A stretch of 64,000 nucleotides of DNA from Candidatus Dormibacter sp. (lineage in GTDB: Bacteria > Chloroflexota > Dormibacteria > Aeolococcales > Aeolococcaceae), in contig JBDTJX010000081.1 in the NCBI GenBank assembly GCA_039935655.1, forward strand, positions 1,437 through 65,436. The letters are read 5' to 3'. The translations under genes and the position numbers were made by a program. Numbering within the stretch: the first letter of the stretch is position 1; the number at the start of each line of letters is the position of its first letter. The notes beneath the pieces were generated by a model. It did no database searches and was not told the origin of the DNA. It saw only the letters and a program-made list of their open reading frames with translations. Of the stretch, positions 1-9,950 are shown one piece after another.

Positions 1-1095
1 CTGAGCAACGATCCGCAGGCGACCGCTCGCAACGGTCAGGACCTTCAGCTGGGGCTGGATTCCGCCCTGCAGTACTGGGCCGAACAGGCGCTCGCCCAGG
101 GGGTGGCCACCGCCCAGGCAGAGTCCGGGACGCTGATGCTGATGGACACCAAGACGGGCGTGATCAAGGCGTGGGCGCAGGCGCCCACCTATGACGCCAA
201 CACCTATTGGAGCTCACCGCTCGCCAACCTGCGCGACCTCGCCATCTCCAACGTCTACGAACCCGGTTCGGTCGAGAAGGTGATCACCTTCGCCGGCGGC
301 CTCAACACCCGCGTCATCACCCCCGGATACACCTTCAACGAGGGCCCGACGACCATCGACGGTGCCACCATCCACGACTGGGACAACCGCGCGCACGGCA
401 CCATCAACATGCAGTATGTGCTCGACGAGTCGCTCAACAACGGTGCCATCAAGGTCGGCCGGCTGATGGGCCCCAGCGCTTTCTACAGCAACCTGCTGGC
501 ATTCGGCGTGGGCGCTCCGACCGGCGTCGACCTGTACGGGGAGCAGAACGTCCCGCTTGCTGCCCAGAGCACTCAGACCCCGCTCGACCTCGCTGAGGCG
601 GCGTTCGGCCAGCACATCCAGGTGACGCCGATCGAGATCCTGGCTGCGGTCAACGCCGTGGCCAACGGCGGTGTGTGGGTGCAGCCACACGCGGTGCAGG
701 CCGTCATCGACCCGAGCACCGGCGCATCGACCACGGTCAAAGCAACCAGCCGCCGGGTCATCTCGATCGCCGCCGCGGGCACCCTGGCGCAGATGATGAC
801 CGGGGTCGTCGAAGACCGCGGCGCCGAGGGCTCGCTCGCCAAGATCCCAGCTTTCAAAGGGGAGGTGGCCGGCAAAACGGGCACCGCCAGCGTCGCCCAG
901 AACGGGACGTACGGCAACAACCTGGTGGTGTCGTTCGCCGGCTTCCTCCCCGCCAAGAACCCCCAGTTCACCATGCTGGTGGTGCTCAACTACCCGCACG
1001 AGACGCATGTCGAGCGCTTCGGAGCGACGCTGGCGGCACCGGTCTGGAAGCAGGTCGCCCAGGTGGCGATCGACGAGTGGCGCATCCTTCCGTGA
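1..1095 (+). CDS. ftsI: Penicillin-binding protein transpeptidase (FtsI-like), C-terminal part; gene begins upstream of the window
   Basis: Reading frame open from position 1. KTGT motif (AGKTGTA) and transpeptidase-like sequence. Stop at 1093-1095 overlaps mraY start (GTGA). dcw cluster context. Confidence 0.85.
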   Translation: MSNDPQATARNGQDLQLGLDSALQYWAEQALAQGVATAQAESGTLMLMDTKTGVIKAWAQAPTYDANTYWSSPLANLRDLAISNVYEPGSVEKVITFAGGLNTRVITPGYTFNEGPTTIDGATIHDWDNRAHGTINMQYVLDESLNNGAIKVGRLMGPSAFYSNLLAFGVGAPTGVDLYGEQNVPLAAQSTQTPLDLAEAAFGQHIQVTPIEILAAVNAVANGGVWVQPHAVQAVIDPSTGASTTVKATSRRVISIAAAGTLAQMMTGVVEDRGAEGSLAKIPAFKGEVAGKTGTASVAQNGTYGNNLVVSFAGFLPAKNPQFTMLVVLNYPHETHVERFGATLAAPVWKQVAQVAIDEWRILP

Positions 1096-2054
1096 AGCAT
1101 GCAGCGCTGGTTCTCGTCCTGGCGCTGGTTGCCGGCGTTGCCCTCTACCCGTTGTTGATCACGCAGTTGGCACGCCATGGCGCGGGACAGCGGGTGCAGG
1201 CGTACAGCCCGACCACGCACGTCGTCAAAGAGGGAACGCCGACAATGGGGGGCGTCCTCTTCTGCGTCATTGTCGCTGCGGCCTGGCTGGGTTTTGATCG
1301 CAGCCGGCTGGGATTCGTTTTGGTGTTCGCTCTTGTCGCGGGGGCGCTGCTCGGCGTGCTCGATGACCGCGCCAACATCCACGGCCGCGGTGTGTTCGGC
1401 CTCGGTGTGCGCGAGAAGCTCGTGTTCCAGGCGTTCATCGGGCTGTTGGTCGGCATCGGGCTGGCCGTCGTCGGCGCCACCCGCCAGGCCTTCCCGGGGC
1501 TGGGTGCGCCCGACCTGCACGGCGCGGGCATCATCCTGGTGAGCATCGTCGCGGTGGTCGCGGTGAGCAACGCGGTCAACCTCACCGACGGCGTCGACGG
1601 GCTCGCGGCGAGCTGCGCAGCGGTCGTGTTCGCCGGCCTCCTCGCCATCGGTCTGCACCAGCATGCCCTGCCGGCCGTGGTCGTCAGCGCAGCCCTTGTC
1701 GGTGGCCTGCTGGCGTTCCTGGTCTTCAACTGGTTCCCGGCGCGCATCTTCATGGGCGACACCGGGTCGCTGGCTCTCGGCTGTGCGCTGGTTGCGGTCG
1801 CCGCCGAGCTCCACCTGCTCTGGCTGCTGCCGCTGATGGGCATCGTGTTCGTCGCCGAGACGCTCAGCGTGATCATCAACGTGACGGCGATCCGCCGTTT
1901 CCAGCGCAGGATCCTGCGGGCCAGTCCTCTGCACGGTCACTTCGAAGAGCTGGGGCTGCGTGAGCAGCGCCTGGTGGCGTGCTTTGCGGCAGTGGCCGCG
2001 GTGGGAACATTCCTCACCGTCCTGTATGCACGCTCGCGGGGGGCGGTGGCGTGA
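1092..2054 (+). CDS. mraY: Phospho-N-acetylmuramoyl-pentapeptide transferase
   Basis: Polytopic membrane protein with MraY-like N-terminus (VKHAALVLVLALVAG...) and the conserved NxxNLTDGxDGLA motif (VAVSNAVNLTDGVDGLAAS). GTG start overlaps ftsI stop; conserved position before murD. Confidence 0.9.
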   Translation: MKHAALVLVLALVAGVALYPLLITQLARHGAGQRVQAYSPTTHVVKEGTPTMGGVLFCVIVAAAWLGFDRSRLGFVLVFALVAGALLGVLDDRANIHGRGVFGLGVREKLVFQAFIGLLVGIGLAVVGATRQAFPGLGAPDLHGAGIILVSIVAVVAVSNAVNLTDGVDGLAASCAAVVFAGLLAIGLHQHALPAVVVSAALVGGLLAFLVFNWFPARIFMGDTGSLALGCALVAVAAELHLLWLLPLMGIVFVAETLSVIINVTAIRRFQRRILRASPLHGHFEELGLREQRLVACFAAVAAVGTFLTVLYARSRGAVA

Positions 2055-3406
2055 GTGGCCGAGCGGTGGTGATCGGTCTCGGCCGCAGCGGCGCGGCATG
2101 CGCGCGGGTGCTCGCCGCCGAGGGCTACGACGTGCTCGTCGTCGATCGTGGCGACGACCCCAGGTTGCGTGAGTTGGCGGCATCTCTGCCCGCTGGCGTG
2201 CGCGCGCAGCTTGGTGGCTACCAGCCCGATGCGGTGCGCGATGCCACGCTGGTGTGCCCGTCGCCGGGCGTGTCATGGGCGGCGCCCGAGCTGCAGCTGG
2301 CTCGGAGCCTTGGGATCCCGGTGCGCAGCGAGATGGCGCTCGTCTTTGAACGTTGCCGCGGACGCATTGTCGGGATCACCGGAACCAACGGCAAGACGAC
2401 CACCACGAGCCTCTGCGCCGCGGTGATCGGACGCGACGGTCGCCGCGTCCACCTCGGCGGCAACATCGGGGCGACGATGCTCGACCGCCTCGACGGCGTG
2501 CACGAGGGTGACTGGGTCGTCCTCGAGCTATCGTCATTTCAGCTCGAGTCCGTCGAGGCACCACGCTGTGAGATCGCGGCGGTGCTGAACATCAGCCCCG
2601 ACCACCTCGACAGGCACGGCAGCCTCGAGGCCTACACCGCCGCCAAGCGGCGCGTCATCGAACACGCCGCGGGGTTCGCGGTGCTTGGCTGGGACGACCC
2701 GGTGACGCGTTCGATGGCCACGAGCGCAGCGGCGCCGGTGCGATTCTTCGGCACCGGCGCGGGCATCGTGGATGGCGCATCGGTGGACGGGCCCGACGTG
2801 GTCATCGTCGAGTCCGGCCGGCGACGTCCGGTCATGCCCGTGGCCGACATACCACTGTTTGGTGCGCACAACGTTCTCAACGTGCTCGCCGCCACCACGG
2901 TGGGCCACGCAGCCGGGGTGAAGGCGCCCGACATCGCTGCTGCGGTTCGCGGGTTCACCGCGGTGCCGCACCGCCTCCAGGTCGTGGCCGATCGTGACGG
3001 CATTCTCTGGGTCAACGACAGCAAGGCAACCAACGTCGACTCCGCAACACGCGCCCTGGAGTCGTTCGACCGCCCCATCGTCTGGATCGGCGGAGGCCAG
3101 AGCAAGGGCGTCCCTGCCACCGAGCTCGCCGCCGCCGTGGCGGCCCACGCCCGCTTGGCGATCCTCAACGGCGATACCGCCGCAGAGCTCGACGTGGCCC
3201 TGGCCGCACAGGGATTCGCGTCGCGCGTCGTGGTCGCCGACCAGGCCGCCGCGGTCGCGGTTGCGGCCAACCGCGCCATCGCCGGCGACGTGGTGCTCCT
3301 CGCTCCCGGGTACGCCAGCTTCGACCAGTTCACCAATTTCGAGGAACGGGGCGCGGCCTTCGGCGCCGCGGTCCAGATGCTGCCGCGCAACCGGCAGCGG
3401 ACCTGA
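2051..3406 (+). CDS. murD: UDP-N-acetylmuramoylalanine--D-glutamate ligase
   Basis: Mur ligase P-loop GITGTNGKTTTT with a Rossmann-like N-terminus (VVIGLGRSG). GTG start at 2051 overlaps mraY stop. Confidence 0.9.
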   Translation: MSGRAVVIGLGRSGAACARVLAAEGYDVLVVDRGDDPRLRELAASLPAGVRAQLGGYQPDAVRDATLVCPSPGVSWAAPELQLARSLGIPVRSEMALVFERCRGRIVGITGTNGKTTTTSLCAAVIGRDGRRVHLGGNIGATMLDRLDGVHEGDWVVLELSSFQLESVEAPRCEIAAVLNISPDHLDRHGSLEAYTAAKRRVIEHAAGFAVLGWDDPVTRSMATSAAAPVRFFGTGAGIVDGASVDGPDVVIVESGRRRPVMPVADIPLFGAHNVLNVLAATTVGHAAGVKAPDIAAAVRGFTAVPHRLQVVADRDGILWVNDSKATNVDSATRALESFDRPIVWIGGGQSKGVPATELAAAVAAHARLAILNGDTAAELDVALAAQGFASRVVVADQAAAVAVAANRAIAGDVVLLAPGYASFDQFTNFEERGAAFGAAVQMLPRNRQRT

Positions 3407-4665
3407 TGGCGACGCGCGCCCGGCCGCTGGCCGTCCCGGCGCTGCGCCTGCGCCAGACGCTGACCGGCGGCCGTGCCCTCAGCCTTGGCGGCGTCGACGG
3501 CTGGTTGCTCACCGACATCGCCGCGCTGTGCGCTTTCGGCCTGGTGATGGTGTACAGCGCCAGTGAGGCGCTGGGCTACCTGTGGTTCGAAAACGCCAAC
3601 TACTTCTTCGAGCGGCAGGTTATCGGCATGGCGCTCGGCGTGACCATGCTGGTCATCCTTGCGCGCACCGATTACCACAGGTTCCGCCGCCTGACACCGG
3701 TGATGGGGCTGTGCATGATCGCGCTGCTTGTCCTTGTGCTTCTCCCGCATTTCGGGACGGAGGCCAACGGCGCCCGCCGCTGGTTCACCGTCGGGCCCCT
3801 GTCGGTGCAACCGTCGGCGATCGCGATCCTCGTGGCGGTGCTGTTCTTCTCCAAGTGGTTGTGCGACCGCGCCCCGGCGGTGCGCACCTTCCGAGGGGTG
3901 CGCGACTACGGGCTGCTCGTCGGCGTACTCCTCGGGCTCGTCCTGCTGGAGCGCGATCTCGGCAGCACCATCATCATCGCCGGCACCGCGATCGCCCTGC
4001 TCGCCCTTGGCGGAGTCCGCAAGCGCCACCTGCTGGTCACGCTCGGCGTGGTGACTGTCGGTGGCTACCTGCTGGTCACGCTGGTCGCGTACAGGTCGAG
4101 CCGCCTCACCAGCTTCACCCATCCCTGCGACAACCCCCTGACCACCGGTTTTCAGGCATGCCAGGCGCTGTACGCGCTGGGGAGCGGCGGATTCGCCGGG
4201 GTCGGGCTGGGCAACTCGGTGCAAAAATACCAGTGGTTGCCCGAAGCCCACACCGACTTCATCTTCGCCATCGTCGGCGAGGAGCTCGGCCTGCTGGGAA
4301 CCGTTACGGTGGTCCTGGCGTTCATGCTCTTGCTGTGGCGCGGTGTCCGCGCGTCGCTGCGCGCCCCCGACGCCTACGGGGCATTGCTCGCCGGAGGTAT
4401 CACCGCGTGGATCGGCATCCAGGCCTTTGTCAACATCGGTGCCGTCACCGGTGTGATCCCGACCACCGGCGTCCCGCTGCCGTTCATCAGCTACGGTGGT
4501 ACCTCACTGGCCGTGACGCTCGCGGGGGTCGGCATCCTCTGCAATGTGTCGGCTCAGGGCCGCAAACAGGGAGTGATGTTGCGTGCGCACGTTGATCGCC
4601 GGAGGCGGGACAGGTGGTCACCTGACGCCGGTGCTGGCCGTCGCCCAGGAGTTGCGCCGGACTGA
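3406..4665 (+). CDS. ftsW: SEDS-family cell division protein FtsW
   Basis: Polytopic membrane protein of FtsW/RodA type at the conserved dcw position. ATG overlaps murD stop (TGATG). The 3' end overlaps murG by ~80 nt, so the true C-terminus is uncertain. Confidence 0.8.
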   Translation: MATRARPLAVPALRLRQTLTGGRALSLGGVDGWLLTDIAALCAFGLVMVYSASEALGYLWFENANYFFERQVIGMALGVTMLVILARTDYHRFRRLTPVMGLCMIALLVLVLLPHFGTEANGARRWFTVGPLSVQPSAIAILVAVLFFSKWLCDRAPAVRTFRGVRDYGLLVGVLLGLVLLERDLGSTIIIAGTAIALLALGGVRKRHLLVTLGVVTVGGYLLVTLVAYRSSRLTSFTHPCDNPLTTGFQACQALYALGSGGFAGVGLGNSVQKYQWLPEAHTDFIFAIVGEELGLLGTVTVVLAFMLLLWRGVRASLRAPDAYGALLAGGITAWIGIQAFVNIGAVTGVIPTTGVPLPFISYGGTSLAVTLAGVGILCNVSAQGRKQGVMLRAHVDRRRRDRWSPDAGAGRRPGVAPD

Positions 4666-5686
4666 CCCGGAGGGCGAGGTGCTCGTCGTGGGGCGGCGCG
4701 GTGGCGTGGCTGAAGGGCTGGTCACGTCCGCCGGCTTCCGCCTCGAGACCCTGCGGATCTCCGGCCTTGACACGGGCAGCGCCGGCAGCCTCGCCCGTTT
4801 CACCGCTCAACTGCCAGCGGCGGTGGCGGCGGCGCGCCGCATCATCCGGGACTTCCGCGCCGACGTGGTCGTCGGCGGCGCCGGCTACGTGAGCGTGCCC
4901 GTGGTGATCGCTGCGCGAACGATGCATGTGCCGGTCGCGCTGCTCGAGCAGAACGCGCTCCCCGGGCGGGCCACCAGGATGCTGGCGCGGCGCGGTCGCC
5001 TGGTAGCGGCGTCGTTCGAGGAGACGGCGGCACACCTGCGTGGCGCGCGGGTTGTCAACACCGGTAACCCGATCCGCGCCGAGGTGCTCGCCACGCCGGC
5101 GCGCCCGTTCGGCGACCGTTGCGAGCAGGTTCTGGTCATGGGCGGCTCGCAGGGCGCGCGGCGGATCAATCGCGCGGTGGCCGGTTGCATCGCCGGTCTG
5201 CTCGAGACGTACCCGTGGTTGCGAGTGGTGCACCAGACGGGCATCCTCGACGTCGACGAGATGAGCGCCACGGCCGGGGGTCTCGCGCCCGAGGTGCGCG
5301 CCCGCTGGACACGCGGTGCGTTCATCGACGACATTGGTGCGGCGATCGCCGTGGCCGACCTGGTGCTGATGCGCGCGGGAGGCTCGTCGATCGCCGAATG
5401 CGCAGCCATGGGACGTCCGATGATCCTCGTGCCATATCCGCACGCCGGTGATCACCAGCGCTTCAACGCGGCCCCCTACGTCGACGCGGGTGCGGCGCGG
5501 CTGGTGCCCGACGCGGAGTGCGAACCCGCCAGGATCGAGAGCGAATTGAGCGCCTTGGTCGAGGACCCGGCGTCGTGGCGGCGAATGGCCGAGGCCAGCC
5601 GGCGATTGGGCCGGCGTGATGCCGCCACCAACGTGGTCGCCCTGCTGCGCGAGCTCAGTGGCGCTCCGGAGAGAATCCCAGCATGA
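4583..5686 (+). CDS. murG: UDP-GlcNAc:undecaprenyl-PP-MurNAc-pentapeptide GlcNAc transferase
   Basis: N-terminal glycine loop GGGTGGH. GT28-family C-terminal half. Confidence 0.9.
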   Translation: MRTLIAGGGTGGHLTPVLAVAQELRRTDPEGEVLVVGRRGGVAEGLVTSAGFRLETLRISGLDTGSAGSLARFTAQLPAAVAAARRIIRDFRADVVVGGAGYVSVPVVIAARTMHVPVALLEQNALPGRATRMLARRGRLVAASFEETAAHLRGARVVNTGNPIRAEVLATPARPFGDRCEQVLVMGGSQGARRINRAVAGCIAGLLETYPWLRVVHQTGILDVDEMSATAGGLAPEVRARWTRGAFIDDIGAAIAVADLVLMRAGGSSIAECAAMGRPMILVPYPHAGDHQRFNAAPYVDAGAARLVPDAECEPARIESELSALVEDPASWRRMAEASRRLGRRDAATNVVALLRELSGAPERIPA

Positions 5687-7083
5687 GCGGACACGTCCAC
5701 TTCCTCGGCATCTGCGGATACGCGGTGAGCGGCGCCGCGCTCGTCGCCCGCGAACAGGGCTGGCGCGTGTCGGGTTCCGATGACCAGGCGTACCCCCCGA
5801 CCACCGACATCCTCACCGCCGCCGGCGTGGAGTGGGTGGACGGCAGCGACGCCGCCAACCTGGAGCGGTGGGGTGTGCCCGACCTGGTCGTGGTCGGCAA
5901 CCAGACACGCGCCACCAACCCCGAGTGGCTGGCCGCCCGCGACCGTGGCCTGCCGGTCTGCAGCGAGATCGAGTTCTACCTGCGGCTGACCGCCGACCGT
6001 CACCGCATCGCCGTGTGCGGGACCCACGGCAAGACAACGACAGCATCGCTGCTCGCCCACATGCTCGATGCCAGCGGGATGAACCCCGGCTTTCGGCTCG
6101 GCTCGACCTCCCTCGACCTCGGCGGCAGCGCCCGGCTCGGCAGCGGTCCCTTCGTGTTTGAGGGCGACGAGTACACGACCGCGCCATGGGATGCGCGCCC
6201 GAAGTTCCTCCACATCAAGCCCGCCGCCGCGTGCGTGACCCGCCTCGAGCTCGACCATCCCGACATCTACCCCACACTGACGGAGTACCGTGCCCCGTTC
6301 ATCGAGCTGGCCCGCTCGATGCCCGCCAGCGGCCTGCTCGTGCTCTGTGCTGATGACCCGGAGTGCGCGGCGCTGGCAGCGCACGCCCACTGCCGTGTGC
6401 TCACCTACGGCACCGGCGCGGACCGTGACTGGCGGGTGCAGGTCGGCGACGACCACGACCGCCGACAGCACTTCGCGGTCACGCACAAGGGTGCGTCGAC
6501 CGCGGTGGCTCTCACGTTCCCCGGCGTGCACAACGCGCTCAACGCAACCGCCGCCCTGTTGCTCGCCACCGACGCGGGCGCGCCGTGGCAGGCGATCGTC
6601 GACGCGTGCGCCACCTTCAAGGGGCCCGCCCGACGGTTCGAGGTCCGGGGCGACGTCGACGGTGTCACCGTCGTCGATGACTACGCGCACCATCCGACGG
6701 AGGTGGAGGCCACCATCGCCGCGGCACGCCTGCGCTACCCGGGACGTCGCATCGTCGCCATCCACACACCGCACACCTACTCGCGTACACGCACTCTTCT
6801 CGAGGACTACGCGCACAGCTTCACAGGCGCGGACCTGGTGATCCTCGGTCCCATCGAGGCGGCTCGCGAGCGCGGCATGGCCGCGGGGATCAGCAGCCAC
6901 GACGTCGCCGCCCGCGCCGCCGCCAGCGCGCCGACGCACGTCGTGGACTCATCGGCGGAGGCGATCGCGCTCATCGAAGGCGTGGTACGCGACGACGACG
7001 TGCTCCTGGTGCTCTCTCTCGGTGGGTTCGACAAGATCGCCGGCCGACTGGTCAGCGCGCTGGAGGCCACACGTGTCCACTGA
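5683..7083 (+). CDS. murC: UDP-N-acetylmuramate--L-alanine ligase
   Basis: HFLGICG N-terminus and Mur ligase P-loop GTHGKTTT. Confidence 0.9.
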   Translation: MSGHVHFLGICGYAVSGAALVAREQGWRVSGSDDQAYPPTTDILTAAGVEWVDGSDAANLERWGVPDLVVVGNQTRATNPEWLAARDRGLPVCSEIEFYLRLTADRHRIAVCGTHGKTTTASLLAHMLDASGMNPGFRLGSTSLDLGGSARLGSGPFVFEGDEYTTAPWDARPKFLHIKPAAACVTRLELDHPDIYPTLTEYRAPFIELARSMPASGLLVLCADDPECAALAAHAHCRVLTYGTGADRDWRVQVGDDHDRRQHFAVTHKGASTAVALTFPGVHNALNATAALLLATDAGAPWQAIVDACATFKGPARRFEVRGDVDGVTVVDDYAHHPTEVEATIAAARLRYPGRRIVAIHTPHTYSRTRTLLEDYAHSFTGADLVILGPIEAARERGMAAGISSHDVAARAAASAPTHVVDSSAEAIALIEGVVRDDDVLLVLSLGGFDKIAGRLVSALEATRVH

Positions 7084-7999
7084 GTGGCTGCAGCACTGGC
7101 CCGGCGCACGGCGCAACGAGCCGCTGGCACGTCACAGTCAATACGGCATCGGCGGCCCCGCCGACTTCTTCGTGCGCATCGACGACCTCGGCACGCTTCC
7201 CGAGCTGGTGGCGCGGTGCACGGAGACAGGCGTGCCTCTGACTGTCGTCGGGGCGGGCAGCAACGCGCTCATCCTCGACGGCGGGGTGCGCGGGCTGGCG
7301 GTGCGGGCGATGAGCAAGGAGATGACGCTCGTCGACGCCGTGGTGACGCTCGCCGCCGGCGCGATGATGCCGCGGGTGGCGCTCGACCTCGCCCGAGTCG
7401 GCGTCGCCGGCATGGAGTGGGGCATCGGCGTACCGGGCACCTGTGGGGCCTCGGTGTGGGGTAACGCGGGCGCCTTCGGCGCCGACATCGCGAGCACGCT
7501 GGTCGACTGCGAGGTGGTCGCCCCGGACGGGGCGACCAGCTGGATCGGTGCGGCTGACTGCGGGTTTGCCTACCGCGACTCGAGGTTCAAGAACGACCTG
7601 TGCGGTCATATCGTGATGCGTGGCCGCTTCACGGTCACACGCGACGAGATCACCACGGTGCGCGCTCGCACCGACGCCGTGCAGGCGGAACGCAAGCGCA
7701 CCCAACCCTACGGAGTGCGCAGTCTCGGGAGCACGTTCAAGAACCCACCGGGCGATTTCGCCGGCCGGCTCATCGAGGAGGCCGGCCTCAAGGGTCGCAC
7801 CCACGGCGGTGCCCAGATCTCGCCAAAGCACGCCAACTTCGTCCTCAACATCGAACGCGCCACCGCCGCCGACGTGCTCGCGCTCATCGACCTGGCACGC
7901 GACGAGGTGGCCTCCCGCTTCGATGTGGTCCTCGAGCGCGAGATCGTGGTGGTCGGTGAGCCTCTGCTCGCGCAGGCCGCCGCGCGGGGAGCGTCGTGA
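7073..7999 (+). CDS. murB: UDP-N-acetylenolpyruvoylglucosamine reductase
   Basis: FAD-binding MurB-like sequence (GIGGPADFF, VVGAGSN). Start taken as GTG at 7073 (an alternative in-frame ATG lies at 7022); it overlaps the murC 3' end. Confidence 0.8.
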   Translation: MSTEWLQHWPGARRNEPLARHSQYGIGGPADFFVRIDDLGTLPELVARCTETGVPLTVVGAGSNALILDGGVRGLAVRAMSKEMTLVDAVVTLAAGAMMPRVALDLARVGVAGMEWGIGVPGTCGASVWGNAGAFGADIASTLVDCEVVAPDGATSWIGAADCGFAYRDSRFKNDLCGHIVMRGRFTVTRDEITTVRARTDAVQAERKRTQPYGVRSLGSTFKNPPGDFAGRLIEEAGLKGRTHGGAQISPKHANFVLNIERATAADVLALIDLARDEVASRFDVVLEREIVVVGEPLLAQAAARGAS

Positions 8000-9189
8000 C
8001 CACGATCGCGTGCATCTTCGGCAGCCGGTCGGTCGAGCATGAGGTGTCGGTGATCACCGCGCAGCAGGCGATGGCCGCGCTGGGGCCGCATCACCGCGCG
8101 GTCCCTGCGTACATCGCCAAGGATGGTCGCTGGTACACCGGCGACGCGCTCACCGACCTGGGCCGCTTCGGGGATGTCCAGGGCCTGCTTGCCGACTGCA
8201 CGGTGGTCACGCCGGTGATCGATCCGTCGCGTCCGGGTCTGAGCCTGCTGCCGGTGAGCGCGCCCCGGCGAGGCCGTTTCGGACGGGGATCGGACGACGC
8301 GGTCGCCCTCGAGGTCGACGTCGCCATGCCGCTGGTGCACGGCAACCTCGGCGAGGACGGCACGTTGCAGGGGTTGCTCGAGATGGCCGGCGTGCCCTAC
8401 ACCGGCAGTGGCGTGGCCGCCTCGGCCACGGCGATGGACAAACGCCTCGCCAAGACGGTGCTGCGCGCCGCCGGGCTGCCCGTCCTCGACGACGTCTGCA
8501 TCGACCGCGAGCAATGGCGCGTCGACCCGGGGTCGGTGCTCGAGCGCGCTGAGTCCTTTGCGCCGTACCCGCTCTACGTCAAGCCGGTCACCCTTGGGTC
8601 GAGCATCGGCGTGGCGCGCGCCACCGACCGTACCGAGATGCAGGTGGCCATCGAGGTGGCGCTGACGTACGACCAACGCTGCATCGTCGAGGCGGCCCAG
8701 GAGGACATCGTCGAGATCAACTGCGCGGTGCTGGGCGATGACAGCGGCGCGCGTGCGTCGCTGCTCGAGCAGCCCACCAAGCGCGGACTGCTGAGCTACA
8801 ACGACAAGTACCGGTCCAAGGGCGGCAAGCCTGCGAGCGCTCCGAGCGGCATGAAGAGCGCCCAGCGACTCATTCCCGCGCCGCTCGACGCCGAGCTGGC
8901 CGCACGCATCACACAGGCTGCGCTGGATTCGTTCGCGGCTGTCGGCGCGGCGGGTGTCGCGCGCGTCGACCTCATGGTCGACCCCGCGACAGGCTCGCTG
9001 ATCGTCAACGAGATCAACCCGATCCCGGGTTCCCTCTCCTTCTACCTGTTCGAGCCGGCGGGGATATCGTTCACCGCCCTGCTCGACGAGCTGATCGAGA
9101 TCGCGCAGCGCCGCCACGCGCGACGCGCGGCGAGCACTGCGGTGTTCGAACACTGGATGCTCGGCGGCGGCCCCAAATCGTCCGCGTGA
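7996..9189 (+). CDS. ddl: D-alanine--D-alanine ligase
   Basis: GSRSVEHEVS N-terminal motif and ATP-grasp C-terminus. GTG start overlaps murB stop (GTGA). Confidence 0.9.
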   Translation: MTTIACIFGSRSVEHEVSVITAQQAMAALGPHHRAVPAYIAKDGRWYTGDALTDLGRFGDVQGLLADCTVVTPVIDPSRPGLSLLPVSAPRRGRFGRGSDDAVALEVDVAMPLVHGNLGEDGTLQGLLEMAGVPYTGSGVAASATAMDKRLAKTVLRAAGLPVLDDVCIDREQWRVDPGSVLERAESFAPYPLYVKPVTLGSSIGVARATDRTEMQVAIEVALTYDQRCIVEAAQEDIVEINCAVLGDDSGARASLLEQPTKRGLLSYNDKYRSKGGKPASAPSGMKSAQRLIPAPLDAELAARITQAALDSFAAVGAAGVARVDLMVDPATGSLIVNEINPIPGSLSFYLFEPAGISFTALLDELIEIAQRRHARRAASTAVFEHWMLGGGPKSSA

Positions 9190-9950
9190 ATGGCGACGAG
9201 CAACCACGCGCGTCCCTGGCCGAAGCCGGGACGGGGCACCCGCTCCTGCTTCTGCACGGCTGGGGCGCCACCAAGGAGTTGATGCTTCCCATCGCCACGC
9301 GGTTGACCGGATATCGCGTCATCGTCCCCGATCTCCCCGGGTTCGGTGCCACCGAACCACCACCACGCGCCTGGGGCGTCGACGAGTACAGCGCGTGGGT
9401 GGTTGCCCTGCTGGACCGACTCGGCGTCGAACGCGCCCACGTGGTCGGCCACTCCAATGGGGGGCGGATCGCCATCACGCTCGCCGCCACCCGCCCGGAG
9501 CGTGTCGCCAAGCTGGTGCTGGCCGACAGCGCGGGCATCCGCCCACGCCATGGATTGCGTTACCACTGGCGGGTGCGCACCTTCAAGCTCCTGCGAGCGG
9601 TGGCGGCCTCTTCACTGGTGCCCGCCACCATTCGCCGCGCCGCCGCCGATCGCGCCGACCGCCGTGGCAGCGCCGACTACCGGGCAGCATCGGGAACCCT
9701 ACGGGCCAGCATGGTGCGGCTGGTCAACGCCGACCTGCGCCCGCAGCTGGCCTCGCTGCAGGCGCCGACACTTCTCATCTGGGGGGATCGCGACCGGGAG
9801 ACGCCGCCGGGCGACGGGCGGACCATGGAACAACTCATCCCCGACGCAGGGCTGGTCATGTTCGAGGGCGCCGGCCATTTCGCGTATGCCGAGCAGCCGG
9901 ACCGCTTCTGCCACATCGTCGACGTGTTCCTGCGCGGCGACGCAGGGTGA
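9186..9950 (+). CDS. Alpha/beta-fold hydrolase, embedded in the dcw cluster
   Basis: HGWGAT...GHSNGG nucleophile elbow (GxSxG) with a lipase/esterase-like fold signature. GTGA overlap with ddl stop at its 5' end and with the murF start at its 3' end. Confidence 0.7.
   Translation: MNGDEQPRASLAEAGTGHPLLLLHGWGATKELMLPIATRLTGYRVIVPDLPGFGATEPPPRAWGVDEYSAWVVALLDRLGVERAHVVGHSNGGRIAITLAATRPERVAKLVLADSAGIRPRHGLRYHWRVRTFKLLRAVAASSLVPATIRRAAADRADRRGSADYRAASGTLRASMVRLVNADLRPQLASLQAPTLLIWGDRDRETPPGDGRTMEQLIPDAGLVMFEGAGHFAYAEQPDRFCHIVDVFLRGDAG

Noticed and set aside
990-4251. Long minus-strand ORFs (990-2276, 2632-4251) opposite mraY/murD/ftsW
   Set aside because: Low-complexity Arg/Ala/Gly-rich translations with no homology. 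They are antisense to confidently identified mur/fts genes, a high-GC artefact. The same reasoning applies to 7708-9207, 15015-16904, 21683-23155, 24560-25660, 48460-50166, 51324-53381, 57489-58907, 61146-62332 and the many short Arg/Pro-rich frames.
9395-9946. Upstream 184 aa of the murF ORF-track entry
   Set aside because: Alternative frame of the alpha/beta hydrolase gene with an Arg/Pro/Gly-rich nonsense translation. murF starts at the coupled GTG 9947 or later.
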